In this document: positions 19,117 to 29,378 of the stretch, in pieces | How positions within the stretch are numbered: the first letter of the stretch is position 1 | How the letters are laid out: the number at the start of each line of letters is the position of its first letter | Assembly (NCBI GenBank): GCA_965204345.1 | Contig: OZ241981.1 | Span: 1,248,001-1,312,000 of the forward strand | Reading direction: 5' to 3' | Origin: Nitrosopumilus sp. | GTDB lineage: Archaea > Thermoproteota > Nitrososphaeria > Nitrososphaerales > Nitrosopumilaceae | Length of the DNA stretch: 64,000 nucleotides | Notes under the pieces: generated by a model | Database searches by the model: none | Told to the model about the DNA's origin: nothing | What the model saw: the letters and a program-made list of their open reading frames with translations, nothing else | Program-made: the position numbers and the translations under genes

Positions 19117-19431
19117 CTAACTTTCTGCTTTTTCTTTTTTACTCTTTGACCACCATTCTAGATAGTCATCATGTTTATCATCACGTGTCCTTTCCTTCTG
19201 ATTTAATTTGAATCTAATATCTGAAACCTCTTCCCTTGTTGCATACAATCCGCATCGCTTACAGATAAAATGTCGCCTATTCTTTTCATCCATTTTCATT
19301 GGAATATCAATTTCATCAAATAACTTGAATAATGCGTCTCTGCTTCTATCCTCCTCTTCTGGGAAATCTTCTATGTATTTTGCTTCTATCTTCTTCTTCT
19401 CTCGTGATGTACATTCAGGACAGTTAGGCAC
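19117..19431 (-). CDS. hypothetical zinc-binding protein
   Basis: CPEC...CKRC; GTG start with upstream TTTTAT. Confidence 0.75.
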   Translation of the reverse strand: MPNCPECTSREKKKIEAKYIEDFPEEEDRSRDALFKLFDEIDIPMKMDEKNRRHFICKRCGLYATREEVSDIRFKLNQKERTRDDKHDDYLEWWSKSKKEKAES

Positions 19432-19491
19432 TGATGATTTGGCTTAATTTTTTCCATAAAAGCGTTCCCACATTCTTAATTGATCGATATT

Positions 19492-19559
19492 ATCTGACAC
19501 GCAGATTTTTTCATCATCCCTTTCGGTCCGTTCGCCCATCGAAATCCTACGTGCCAGAT
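19492..19559 (-). ncRNA. candidate K-turn (C/D-box-like) hairpin RNA
   Basis: minus strand AUCUGGCACGUAGG...UCUGCGUGUCAGAU 14-bp stem with G-U pairs; apex CGGA-CC-GAAA-GG-G-AUGAUGA. Confidence 0.6.
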
Positions 19560-19583
19560 GAACAAAATCATGTAAATAATGTA

Positions 19584-20819
19584 TTATCTCTTTTCCTCTA
19601 AGATCTGAGCAGCAATCCTGGCTGAATTTTCTGCCCCATTGGGAACAAAATTCTCTGAAAATTTATTCAAGCTATCTTGAAATTCATCATAATTTTCTTT
19701 AATTTTAGATATTCCCGCAGTTACCTGGTCTGTTTTTATGGCTAAAATTCCCAGTTTTTCTTCTTCTGCCCATTTGATATTATTAGTATGCTCATCATAA
19801 ACTGGAATCCCGATTATCGGCTTTGCTTTTCCACCCATTATTTCTCCCATTACCGTATGTGATCCATTAACTACTGCATACTTACATAAATTCAAAACTG
19901 TATCTTTTTCCTGTTCTGATAGAAATCCAACATCAATCTGTAACCAATCAATCTTTTTATCCAGTGCTTCAGATATTGAATATTTTTTTCCATCTTTTCC
20001 TAACACTGAATCTATATCTGGATTATTTCTTGCATGTGATATTATTCTTTTTTCATCTTTCATTTCATTCTGATGAAATACTTTTTCATATCTCTCACCA
20101 GTACCATCGTTTGTCGATTTATTTCCGGTTCTCATCCAATAACCAAATTCTTCATTCTTTACTAATTTTTCAAGATTTGAAGTTTTCTCCTTTTTAACTT
20201 GCTTATTGCCTGTAAAATGTCCTACATAGATAATCTTTTTTTCTACCTCTTTTGTAAAATTCAGGTTATATTCACACATTGTGTATGGCGGCGGCGAATC
20301 TGCAACAAGAATTTTTGAAGCTTTTTCAATCTGTTTTGCAATAAAAATTAGTGATGGATAAAGATATGCCCTTGAACTATACAATTTTGGTCTAAACTGA
20401 TTTGTTATAAACAGGCTTGGAATATTACGATTTTTTGCTAAAATATTTGATCCCATATCCCCATCATTAACCACCAGATCAAATTTTTCCTTGTCGTAAA
20501 GCTTTCTTTCTTCTCTTAAATAATCTACAACTTGTCTTACTAACGCAGGATTTTTTGAAACTGGTAATAACAAATTCATCAATGACAATGAAATACTAGG
20601 ACCGAATTTACCATCAATTGGCGTTGGCATTAAAATTTGATGGATTTTCTCTCTTTGATCAGGAAATTTCTTTAATAATTTTTCATAAACATGATCTTTG
20701 CTAGAAAAATGAACCTCAAATTTTTCTTTAAGATGATCCCCTAATACATCATTAAACCTCATCATTCGTGAATAATGACCGCTTCCCCAAGGGTAGATGA
20801 ATTCTCCTATTTTGAGCAC
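19584..20819 (-). CDS. GT-B glycosyltransferase (GT28/MurG-like)
   Basis: WGSGHYSR N-terminal motif; NGSHTVMGE..IGIP..EH C-terminal motif. Confidence 0.8.
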   Translation of the reverse strand: MLKIGEFIYPWGSGHYSRMMRFNDVLGDHLKEKFEVHFSSKDHVYEKLLKKFPDQREKIHQILMPTPIDGKFGPSISLSLMNLLLPVSKNPALVRQVVDYLREERKLYDKEKFDLVVNDGDMGSNILAKNRNIPSLFITNQFRPKLYSSRAYLYPSLIFIAKQIEKASKILVADSPPPYTMCEYNLNFTKEVEKKIIYVGHFTGNKQVKKEKTSNLEKLVKNEEFGYWMRTGNKSTNDGTGERYEKVFHQNEMKDEKRIISHARNNPDIDSVLGKDGKKYSISEALDKKIDWLQIDVGFLSEQEKDTVLNLCKYAVVNGSHTVMGEIMGGKAKPIIGIPVYDEHTNNIKWAEEEKLGILAIKTDQVTAGISKIKENYDEFQDSLNKFSENFVPNGAENSARIAAQILEEKR

Positions 20820-20850
20820 AATGTGGAATAAAATAATGCCGTTTAAATTC

Positions 20851-21984
20851 TCAATGATTTTCTAGCGAGTCCAAAATATCATGTAGGTTGTTTGGTCCCA
20901 CTTTGATTTTGATCTTTTTCTTTGTTTCAAGCCCATACTCTACATCTTTTTTTGAAAAAGAAGGAATTTCATTTGAGGTCATGGTGACCATCTTTTCTAA
21001 TTTTTTGATATTTCTTTCCAATCCAATCTCCTTTGCCTCTTCAAACAAATTAACATCAACACCAGTTAATGGAAGTATGGGAAATTTCTTTCTTTCAAAC
21101 ACCCGTTTTAATGAATTATCAACAAACTCTGGAGAAAAAACCAAGGGTGACAATGCCAATGATACCCGTCTGTTTGAATATTGTAGTAATATTTCTAATA
21201 TTGAATTTACATAAATTAAATAATTTTTAATTCCATTAGGATTAATTTTTAATTCCAGGAACTCAAAATCAATATTATCTTGCATCAATCTTGGTATTAT
21301 CTGATTAATTATTTTTGCAAGATTCATTAGTTCTGATTTTTGTCTAAAACAGACTATTATTTTTACGTCATAACCCTGCTTTATTGTCTCAAAGCAGGAA
21401 ACTGCTGAAATTTCATCATATACTGCACAAATGGTTTTTTCCTTTTGTGATCTATATGGAATTCCACCATTACCTTGATCTGAAAAAATACAGATATATG
21501 CATTATTTTTTGTCAAGTATGTGTAAAGCAGTTTATCAAAATCTTCATCTGTTCCTGGCCGTGCACCTAAATTTGATTTTTTTTCTATGATATCTGATGT
21601 AGCTGCAATTTCTGCATCTTTTGTTACAAATCCTTTTGATGTTCCTTCTACTTTAACCAAAAATTTTTCACCCCTTAATAGCAAATTACCTCCAATTGAT
21701 GTAATTTCAGAAACAATATCTTTGAAATTATTGTCTATCTGTCTTGCTATTGCTATTTTTTCAATACCGAAAAGCAAATTGATAGTAGATGATGCAAATA
21801 CTGGATCGTTTGCATCCACTAAAATTACATCACCATCGCGTTTAACAGACTTGAATTCCTGATTTTTCATTTTTAGAATTTTCTTGATGTTTGAAACCAA
21901 ATCTGGAATCTTATTTTTTGAAAATATTGTTGGAAAAACTACTACATATGATATTTCATTCATATTTTCTGTTTTAAAATTCAC
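20851..21984 (-). CDS. ThiI-like THUMP-domain protein with degenerate PP-loop
   Basis: FGIEK, THUMP-like segment, GNGGIP; no SGGxDS. Confidence 0.7.
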   Translation of the reverse strand: MNFKTENMNEISYVVVFPTIFSKNKIPDLVSNIKKILKMKNQEFKSVKRDGDVILVDANDPVFASSTINLLFGIEKIAIARQIDNNFKDIVSEITSIGGNLLLRGEKFLVKVEGTSKGFVTKDAEIAATSDIIEKKSNLGARPGTDEDFDKLLYTYLTKNNAYICIFSDQGNGGIPYRSQKEKTICAVYDEISAVSCFETIKQGYDVKIIVCFRQKSELMNLAKIINQIIPRLMQDNIDFEFLELKINPNGIKNYLIYVNSILEILLQYSNRRVSLALSPLVFSPEFVDNSLKRVFERKKFPILPLTGVDVNLFEEAKEIGLERNIKKLEKMVTMTSNEIPSFSKKDVEYGLETKKKIKIKVGPNNLHDILDSLENH

Positions 21985-22048
21985 TTGTTTATAATTTAGG
22001 ATAAAACCTACGGGTAATCAATATAAAACTAATAATTTCAGTAAAAAT

Positions 22049-22774
22049 GTGACAAAGTTTACACAAGAACAAGTAGATGATCTGAACTCTAAAATAAAAA
22101 CCACAGAAGAAGCGTTACAATGGGCTTCTGATAATCTTCATCCCAAAGTTGCAAAAGCGTCAAGTTTTGGCGCCGAAGACGCCGTCGTTATGGACATTAT
22201 GCTAAAAATCAATCCTCATTTCCGATTTTTCACCCTTGATACTGGAAGATTGCCACAGGAAACCTATGACATCATAGATATCGTTAGCAAAAAATACAAC
22301 ATTTCTGTTGAAGTCTTGTTTCCTGATACAAAAGAAGTTGAAGGCATGGTTCGGGATAAAGGCATGAATCTGTTTTATGAAAGTGTGGAAAACAGAAAAC
22401 TGTGTTGTGAAATTCGTAAAGTACACCCAATGAATAAGATGCTCAATACATTAGACGGTTGGGTTACCGGAATAAGGCGTGATCAGACCAAAAACAGAGA
22501 AAACGTAACAATTTTTCAGCTTGATCACGCTCATGATGGAATTTTAAAAATTAATCCAATCATTGATTGGACTTGGCAGCAAGTTCAGGATTATATAAAA
22601 AACAACAATCTGCCATGCAACAACCTTCTTGATAAAAACTATTCAAGCATAGGATGTGAACCATGTACCAGACCCATTAAGCCTGGCGAAGACATTAGAT
22701 CAGGTAGATGGTGGTGGGAACAAGATGGAAACAAAGAGTGCGGCCTTCATATAGAGCGTAAAAGAGCAGATTAG
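22049..22774 (+). CDS. cysH: APS/PAPS reductase (Fe-S-binding APS-type signature)
   Basis: [30 protein letters not shown]. Confidence 0.93.
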   Translation: MTKFTQEQVDDLNSKIKTTEEALQWASDNLHPKVAKASSFGAEDAVVMDIMLKINPHFRFFTLDTGRLPQETYDIIDIVSKKYNISVEVLFPDTKEVEGMVRDKGMNLFYESVENRKLCCEIRKVHPMNKMLNTLDGWVTGIRRDQTKNRENVTIFQLDHAHDGILKINPIIDWTWQQVQDYIKNNNLPCNNLLDKNYSSIGCEPCTRPIKPGEDIRSGRWWWEQDGNKECGLHIERKRAD

Positions 22775-22775
22775 C

Positions 22776-23924
22776 ATGTCTGAAAATGATTCAATTAAAC
22801 CTCATGGCGGAGTCTTGATAAATAGAATTACCAAAATAGATGATGATCCTATCGGATTATTCTCACTAACAATTCCTGAAGATCTTGCTAATGATGTAGA
22901 AAATATAGCAGATGGAATTTTTAGTCCACTAGAGGGATTTTTAGGACAAGAAGATTTTGAAAGTGTTATTTCTAGGGGCAGATTATCAAATGATTTGGCA
23001 TGGACTATTCCGATTGTACTTGATGTTGATGAAGATACAGCTTCTAAAATGAAAGAAGCTGGAGATGTTTTATTGCAAAATCCACAAGGAGTCAGAGTTG
23101 CAGTGTTGCATGTAGAGGAAACATATTCTTTTGATAAAGAAAAAACTATGCAAGGAGTTTATGGAACAACTGATTCATCTCATCCAGGTGTTGCAAAAAC
23201 TGCATCCATGAAAGATTGCCTTGTAGGTGGAAAAATTGATTATATTCAGAGACCTGATGATACTGAAATTAGAAAAAATCGATTAACGCCAATTCAAACA
23301 CGAGAATCTTTTGCTAAAGCAGGTTGGAAAACAATCTGTGCATTTCAAACTAGAAATCCACCACACGTAGCACATGAAATGCTACAAAAGACATCAATTA
23401 CAACACGCGATGGCGTATTTGTTAATCCAATCATTGGAAAGAAAAAATCCGGTGACTTTGTGGATGAAGTAATTGTCAAGTGCTATGAAACCATGATAAA
23501 GTCATACTATCCAGAAAACAGGTGTCAACTAGGAACTTTGCATACTGAAATGAAGTATGCAGGTCCCAAAGAAGCAATACATCATGCGATTATGAGACAA
23601 AATTATGGCTGTACACACATCATTATAGGACGTGATCATGCAGGTGTTGGAAAATTCTATGATCCATTTGCTGCACAAAAAATCTTCGATGACTACCCAG
23701 AGCTGCACATTGCCCCCGTATTTTTCCCGCCATTCTTTTACTGCAGAAAATGTCTTACATACACAACCCCAAAAGCCTGCCCGCATGATAATGACGTTAA
23801 AGAACAAATCAGCGGAACTGCGCTTCGAGAAATGATTCAAAACGGTCAAGCACCTTCTGAATTCATCTTAAGACCAGAAGTGGCACAAGTAATCTTGGAT
23901 CATCCAAAACCTTTTGTTGATTAG
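22776..23924 (+). CDS. sat: sulfate adenylyltransferase
   Basis: [21 protein letters not shown]. Confidence 0.96.
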   Translation: MSENDSIKPHGGVLINRITKIDDDPIGLFSLTIPEDLANDVENIADGIFSPLEGFLGQEDFESVISRGRLSNDLAWTIPIVLDVDEDTASKMKEAGDVLLQNPQGVRVAVLHVEETYSFDKEKTMQGVYGTTDSSHPGVAKTASMKDCLVGGKIDYIQRPDDTEIRKNRLTPIQTRESFAKAGWKTICAFQTRNPPHVAHEMLQKTSITTRDGVFVNPIIGKKKSGDFVDEVIVKCYETMIKSYYPENRCQLGTLHTEMKYAGPKEAIHHAIMRQNYGCTHIIIGRDHAGVGKFYDPFAAQKIFDDYPELHIAPVFFPPFFYCRKCLTYTTPKACPHDNDVKEQISGTALREMIQNGQAPSEFILRPEVAQVILDHPKPFVD

Positions 23925-23955
23925 ATTTTTATTCAATCAGATCTGCACCTAGCTT

Positions 23956-24621
23956 GTGAAGTATATTCTTACATCAATTCTGTTATCTGTAATTTTTGCA
24001 TCTCCGGCATTTGCTCAGGAACAAAACAATCCGTCACTGATTATTGATACATTAGAAATTCCTGCAGACGAATTTAACACAGTATTACGTGAGGCGCCAA
24101 TAAGAGCTCTTGATGATTTACATGCAGTTAGTTGGCAAGTTACAATTGATAACAATTTGCTGTATGCAAATCCAAATGGCAATGCAGCTCTAAGACTGTA
24201 TGATCAAAGCACACACGATGAGTTTATTGAAGTTGGCATGGGTTCACAACCTGACAACAAGTTTTGGGTTGCAGTTCAAACTCCAAAGGAAGGTTATGTT
24301 GTTGTTCACAGGGATTTAGATAGAGGCTGGTATCCATCAGCAAAATCAATCATATCCTTTACTGATAGGGCAGGACTCACTGTCAATAACGGTGCTAGAA
24401 TTGTTGTAACTAATCTGGATATTGGGGAATTTGCAATTCATTCGTATTCTGTTCATGGAATGGAGAGTTCCACTGATCCTCCTGCAATAAATTCTGGCAG
24501 CATGATTGTAGAATTTCTATCAGGCGATCCTGCAAAGAACGTGTTTGCACTGTTTCCATTCTATGTTGCAGCAGGCATAGGCGTAATAGTTGGCGCATTA
24601 TTTCTAACTAAGAAGCGTTAA
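23956..24621 (+). CDS. exported protein with C-terminal membrane anchor
   Basis: signal peptide AFA-Q; C-terminal TM helix followed by KKR. Confidence 0.8.
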   Translation: MKYILTSILLSVIFASPAFAQEQNNPSLIIDTLEIPADEFNTVLREAPIRALDDLHAVSWQVTIDNNLLYANPNGNAALRLYDQSTHDEFIEVGMGSQPDNKFWVAVQTPKEGYVVVHRDLDRGWYPSAKSIISFTDRAGLTVNNGARIVVTNLDIGEFAIHSYSVHGMESSTDPPAINSGSMIVEFLSGDPAKNVFALFPFYVAAGIGVIVGALFLTKKR

Positions 24622-25282
24622 GTGACTTGTAATATTTACAGCTCTTTTTAATTTTACATACATTACACATTGGTGAAACTGGCTTGCAAATATTCTGACC
24701 ATACATTACAAATGTATCATTAATGTCAATCCAATACTTTTTTTTAATTTTTTTCATCAATTCCTGCTCTGTATCTTCGGGATCTTTTGTTCTGACTAGT
24801 CCCAATCTATTTGAAATTCTATGAACATGAATATCAACTGGGATTGCTGGCTTTTCAAATGCATAGACTAGGACACAATTTGCAGTTTTTCTTCCAACTC
24901 CTGGCAATTGGACTAGGGTCTCTAAATCATCTGGAACTTTGCCCCTGTATTTTGTACTAATTATCTTTGCAACTTCAATAATTCTTTTAGATTTTACGTG
25001 AAAAAATCCAATCGATTTAATTATTTTCTCTACGTCTCCTACTTTTGCATTTGATAGCTGCTTTGGATTCTTGTATTTCTTAAATAATTCCTTGACCGCT
25101 TTTGTTGTAGCCTCATCTTTTGTTCTTGCAGATAGTATAGTCCCAATCAAAATGCTAAACGGACCGGTTTCTGCATCATGAAGATCTCTTAATGCAGTAA
25201 TTCTTGGCGGCTTTACGGCATTCATGGTATCAGTCATTCCACGAAGAATCTTTTGCATTTCTAATTGAAAAACTACATACAA
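24608..25282 (-). CDS. nth: endonuclease III
   Basis: LPGVGRKTA HhH, VDIHV, C-x6-C-x2-C-x5-C. Confidence 0.95.
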   Translation of the reverse strand: MYVVFQLEMQKILRGMTDTMNAVKPPRITALRDLHDAETGPFSILIGTILSARTKDEATTKAVKELFKKYKNPKQLSNAKVGDVEKIIKSIGFFHVKSKRIIEVAKIISTKYRGKVPDDLETLVQLPGVGRKTANCVLVYAFEKPAIPVDIHVHRISNRLGLVRTKDPEDTEQELMKKIKKKYWIDINDTFVMYGQNICKPVSPMCNVCKIKKSCKYYKSLNAS

Positions 25283-25313
25283 GTATTATAACTGTAGTAA
25301 CAAATCAGTATTA

Positions 25314-26468
25314 TTGGAATTAACTAGAGAAGAGGAATCTGCACTAAAAGGCGAGCAGGGAGAAATAATGCAGATGGCATACAGAATTTTGGTTGCAACC
25401 GGTGAGGCAACTGATGCTGAAAAACTGGTACAGATAGATTGGGCACATCTTTCTGGCGTAAACTATAATACAATTGGGGATGCGGGAGAAGGATTTCTCT
25501 CCGGCATCAGTAAAAACGCACGCGTTAAGGTAAAAACCACTCTAAATCCAATGGGATTTGATATTGATAATGTAAAAAATTATAATTTAGATGAGAATTT
25601 CATCTCAAAACAGCTCTCAATCCAAAATTCATATGAAACAATGGGCGTTATTCCGTCATATTCATGCATACCATACGAAATTTTTGACATTCCTACAAAT
25701 GGATCACAGGTTGCATTTGCTGAAAGTAATGCAGCAATCCATGCAAATTCATATGATAATCTAAAAACAAACAAAGAAAGCGCATTTAGTGCATTAGCTA
25801 GTGCACTTGTTGGAAAGAGCCCATACACCTCATTACGGAAAGAAGATGCTCCTAATGTTACAATTAGAATGAAAGTACAAAATCCTAACGAGTTAACATA
25901 TGGAATGCTTGGATTTTTTGCAGGCAAGGTTGGGGATACGTCTGTAAATGTTTCTGGCCTTGCAGAGATGGACAAGAGACAAACAAAGGCAATGTGTGGT
26001 GGAATGGGGACATCTGGCACCTGTGCCAAGTTTATCTTTGGGGATGGAGATTCTGGCTGTGAAAAAATAGATTTTGATGAAAAAGAGATGCAAAACGTGC
26101 ATGATGAGCTAAATACAGCAGAGAAAGGCGACTTGATAACGCTTGGCAGCCCTCAACTAGGATTGGACGAGATCACTGATCTTGCCGGCAAATTAAAGGG
26201 CCGTTCATTTGAAAAAAGATGCATGGTGTTTATGCCAAGAACTGTAAAAGAACAAGCGACAAAAATCGGATATATTACTGAACTTGAGCGGGCAGGATGT
26301 GAAATTTTATCTGATTGTTGTACGTGTTTGTCTCCCCTTATAAACAAAGACAATGTTGATGCAGTCACAACTAACAGCATCAAGGGTGCATTTTATCTTA
26401 AAAATTCCAACGGCGTAGATGTTAATCTAAAACCATTATCACAAATAGTTGAAGATGAGACACAATGA
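25314..26468 (+). CDS. aconitase X catalytic subunit (putative phosphomevalonate dehydratase large subunit)
   Basis: AHLSG, CIPY, AESNA, DCC motifs; paired with a swivel subunit. Confidence 0.85.
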   Translation: MELTREEESALKGEQGEIMQMAYRILVATGEATDAEKLVQIDWAHLSGVNYNTIGDAGEGFLSGISKNARVKVKTTLNPMGFDIDNVKNYNLDENFISKQLSIQNSYETMGVIPSYSCIPYEIFDIPTNGSQVAFAESNAAIHANSYDNLKTNKESAFSALASALVGKSPYTSLRKEDAPNVTIRMKVQNPNELTYGMLGFFAGKVGDTSVNVSGLAEMDKRQTKAMCGGMGTSGTCAKFIFGDGDSGCEKIDFDEKEMQNVHDELNTAEKGDLITLGSPQLGLDEITDLAGKLKGRSFEKRCMVFMPRTVKEQATKIGYITELERAGCEILSDCCTCLSPLINKDNVDAVTTNSIKGAFYLKNSNGVDVNLKPLSQIVEDETQ

Positions 26469-26854
26469 AAAAAATTCTAGTTTCAGGAAAAATAAACGGC
26501 ATCGTTTTAAAATCTGATAATCCAATCAATTTTTTGGGCACAGTTGATAAAAAAACCGGGGTAATTAGTGACAGGAATCATGATCTATATGCCAAATCAA
26601 TCAAGGATACCGTTCTTGTCTTTCCATCAGGTGCAGGCAGCAGTGTAGGCGCATATACAATCTATTCAATAAAATCAAATAATGCGGCTCCGCTTGCAAT
26701 GATCTGTCAAAAAGCAGATCTTACAGTGGCTACCGGGTGTGCATTGGCAAACATTCCGTTAGTTATAGCTAGTGATGAAGAGTTTGTTTCTCTAAAGGAT
26801 GGAATGAAAATCTCATTTGATACTGATTCTTCTAGTCAAATTCATCACCAGTAA
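26465..26854 (+). CDS. aconitase X swivel subunit (DUF126)
   Basis: FLGTVD..TG, GSS, APLAMI. Confidence 0.85.
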   Translation: MKKILVSGKINGIVLKSDNPINFLGTVDKKTGVISDRNHDLYAKSIKDTVLVFPSGAGSSVGAYTIYSIKSNNAAPLAMICQKADLTVATGCALANIPLVIASDEEFVSLKDGMKISFDTDSSSQIHHQ

Positions 26855-28787
26855 AATCTCTCTTTTGTGAATTTCCCATCTCGACTTTTGCAATCTGACT
26901 CTTTCCAGCTGGCAATGCACGAACAAATTCATCTACGTGTATTTTTCTTGTAATATCTTCAAACATTTTTGAAAATTCTATCCGTATCTTCTTGGCAGCT
27001 TCTGCCATCTCTAATCCGTGTGGTTCAATTATTGCATAGCACAAAGAATTTTTTTTAATTGGCTCAGGCGGACCGCATGTGAGCACATAATCATCATCTA
27101 TAGGAATAATTCCAACAGCCAATCGAAGCGTTTCTGATTTGATAAAATTTCTCTGTCCCTCAATTGTAAAGGAACCTTTTGGAAGAAACTCTCCACTTGG
27201 TGCTGATTTTTTTACCTGTTCTGGCCGAACCCAATATGCGCTCACACCATACATTCCCTCTCTCCATGCCCTACTAAAGCAGACTGTAGCATGCGCAATC
27301 TCATTCATACTTGAATCTGGTGCGTTTTCTGCATCCTTTAAAATAAAAAATGGCGAACCAAAAATATCACCGTGAAATATCTTATCATTTTTATCCAAAT
27401 GTTTTCTAATTACAGCCGAATTTGACGCAGCATCCCTGCCACCTATTGTAAGTAATCCATCGGTGGTAAAGAACCACCTATATCTTTCATACCAGTTTTT
27501 CTTTCGAATCTCTGAGACTAGAACCAAATCTTTCTCAGATTCCGTTTTACTTTGGAATTTTTCTAGCTTTTTCTCTGTTTTTTCCTTGATTGCCTGAATA
27601 GACGATATTGCACCTGATTGTTTTTTGGATTCATTAAACAGTACTGATGCAATTGACTGCAAGGGTGATGCAGTGTTAATCTTTATTTTTTCATCCTGAA
27701 CAACTACCAACGAAATCCCTTTTTCATTGATCAATTTTGCGTTATTGTTTGCTAAAATTTCTTGTGCTGACGTATCCTCAATTGATATTATTCCTTTTGA
27801 TATCATCTCATAAAGAGAGTTTGCAACCAACGTAATATTCTTCGATCTCTCTTTTACAGTTTCAATTGCTTTTTCTTGTTCAGAAATTTGAGTTTGCAAT
27901 TCCTTAATTTTTTTATCTGAACCGCTTGATTGAACTGACTTTCCCTTTTCAACTATGTTTTCTGTAAAAACCGTATCTAGTCCCTCGATAAAGCTGTTAG
28001 CTTCTGTTACTTCTCCCTCCAATTTTCCTAACTTAACAGGAAGAACTTCTGTTTTTTCATCTCTGACTATTACAGCTTGATGGTTGCCTGATACCACATC
28101 TGAAACAATTTTCTTTACAGTTTCAAAAATTTTCCCTGTCTCTTCATCTGTTAATAAATTTCCAATTTTTTTACCATCAACTTGGGCAATCCCAAAAACT
28201 GCCTCAACATATTTTTTTGGCAATCCCAATGTTCTTCCAAACCATTTTGCTGCAACCAAATCTGTTGTTTTAAGCCCATCAAAATCTGGTTCTTTAAGAT
28301 CAAAAATATCCAATCCGCTAACCGGCGGTTGTGCATATTCTAGGCCAACACTTAGCTTTCTGTGTCTGACTTCTATTGAATGCTGTAATGCAAGAATTTT
28401 CATTTCGTTATTACACAATAAAATATTTCCATCACCAAAGAATTCCCCTACCAAAACAAACTCTTTTCCAAATCCCTCAAAAATAAAATACGCAATTCTT
28501 TCTGCTCCGATCTGTTCTATTTTTTTTAATTTTAGTCTGAGCAGATCACTTCTTAATCTTTTGAGTAATCTGTTTGGTTCTATCTGATCAATCTTTACTG
28601 CAGTCAACCAGACACCAGATGTTGATATCATCATAAAGAGATCACTTTTTTCTGTATGATGAAGCTTGAAGAGGATGCTATCTTTTGTGATTCCATAAAT
28701 ATTGCTTATGTAGTATCCTTGAACCTGCTCTGAAATTTTATTTACCAAATATCGTAATTCTATCCCTGCCAGTGCCATATTCATCAT
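26832..28787 (-). CDS. rqcH: ribosome quality-control protein NEMF/Rqc2 (NFACT family)
   Basis: ER, GN, WYERYRWF, GGRDA, KSAPSGEFLPKGSF. Confidence 0.9.
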   Translation of the reverse strand: MMNMALAGIELRYLVNKISEQVQGYYISNIYGITKDSILFKLHHTEKSDLFMMISTSGVWLTAVKIDQIEPNRLLKRLRSDLLRLKLKKIEQIGAERIAYFIFEGFGKEFVLVGEFFGDGNILLCNNEMKILALQHSIEVRHRKLSVGLEYAQPPVSGLDIFDLKEPDFDGLKTTDLVAAKWFGRTLGLPKKYVEAVFGIAQVDGKKIGNLLTDEETGKIFETVKKIVSDVVSGNHQAVIVRDEKTEVLPVKLGKLEGEVTEANSFIEGLDTVFTENIVEKGKSVQSSGSDKKIKELQTQISEQEKAIETVKERSKNITLVANSLYEMISKGIISIEDTSAQEILANNNAKLINEKGISLVVVQDEKIKINTASPLQSIASVLFNESKKQSGAISSIQAIKEKTEKKLEKFQSKTESEKDLVLVSEIRKKNWYERYRWFFTTDGLLTIGGRDAASNSAVIRKHLDKNDKIFHGDIFGSPFFILKDAENAPDSSMNEIAHATVCFSRAWREGMYGVSAYWVRPEQVKKSAPSGEFLPKGSFTIEGQRNFIKSETLRLAVGIIPIDDDYVLTCGPPEPIKKNSLCYAIIEPHGLEMAEAAKKIRIEFSKMFEDITRKIHVDEFVRALPAGKSQIAKVEMGNSQKRDFTGDEFD

Positions 28788-28880
28788 GGATTGTGTCTAA
28801 AATTATACTCTTGCTTTGATACGCTTAATCATGACCAAAGATATTAAACATGGTTTGCTTGAGACACGCTAGAAATTTAC

Positions 28881-29363
28881 TTGGCAAAATTCAAAAAGAA
28901 AAAATCCAGACCTACAATTGACCCTAATGATTCAAAAAAAGAATCCATAAAAGAAGATATTCCTACAGATATTCCAGAAACAGAAAAACCTGAACCCGCT
29001 CCCGACATTCCTTCTGCAGATCCTCCGATCAGTATTGCTGAGAAGAGTGAAAAAGATAGAAAGCTAGGTAAGTTATACTGGATGCGTGTTGCTCTGGCCG
29101 TAATTGCCGGAACCGCATCCACTTTCATCTTTGAAGATATTGAAGGCGAAGACAGAAGATGGGCATCAATTGGATTCATGATTATAGTCTTTTTTGCAAC
29201 AGTAATTGTGGCAAAACAAATGAAGATGCAGCTACCGTCATCTGATAGAAAGAAAGTTGTTACACAGGCCATTGGAAGCTATGTTTTTCTGTATCTGTTT
29301 TCATGGATCGTAAGCTACACGCTGACTCATTTAGGAAGTACATCCGGTATAATCAATGTCTAG
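28881..29363 (+). CDS. 3-TM membrane protein, EMC6-like
   Basis: YWMRVALAVIAG and GSYVFLYLFSWIVSYTL resemble TM1 and TM3 of the EMC6/Rab5ip family. Confidence 0.6.
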   Translation: MAKFKKKKSRPTIDPNDSKKESIKEDIPTDIPETEKPEPAPDIPSADPPISIAEKSEKDRKLGKLYWMRVALAVIAGTASTFIFEDIEGEDRRWASIGFMIIVFFATVIVAKQMKMQLPSSDRKKVVTQAIGSYVFLYLFSWIVSYTLTHLGSTSGIINV

Positions 29364-29378
29364 ATTCATAATTACAAA

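Noticed and set aside
19492-19559. H/ACA guide, SRP helix 8, SECIS or c-di-GMP riboswitch readings of the hairpin
   Set aside because: No two-sided pocket or properly spaced ACA, no CAGG/AGCA loop, no in-frame UGA gene nearby, and no second riboswitch hairpin.
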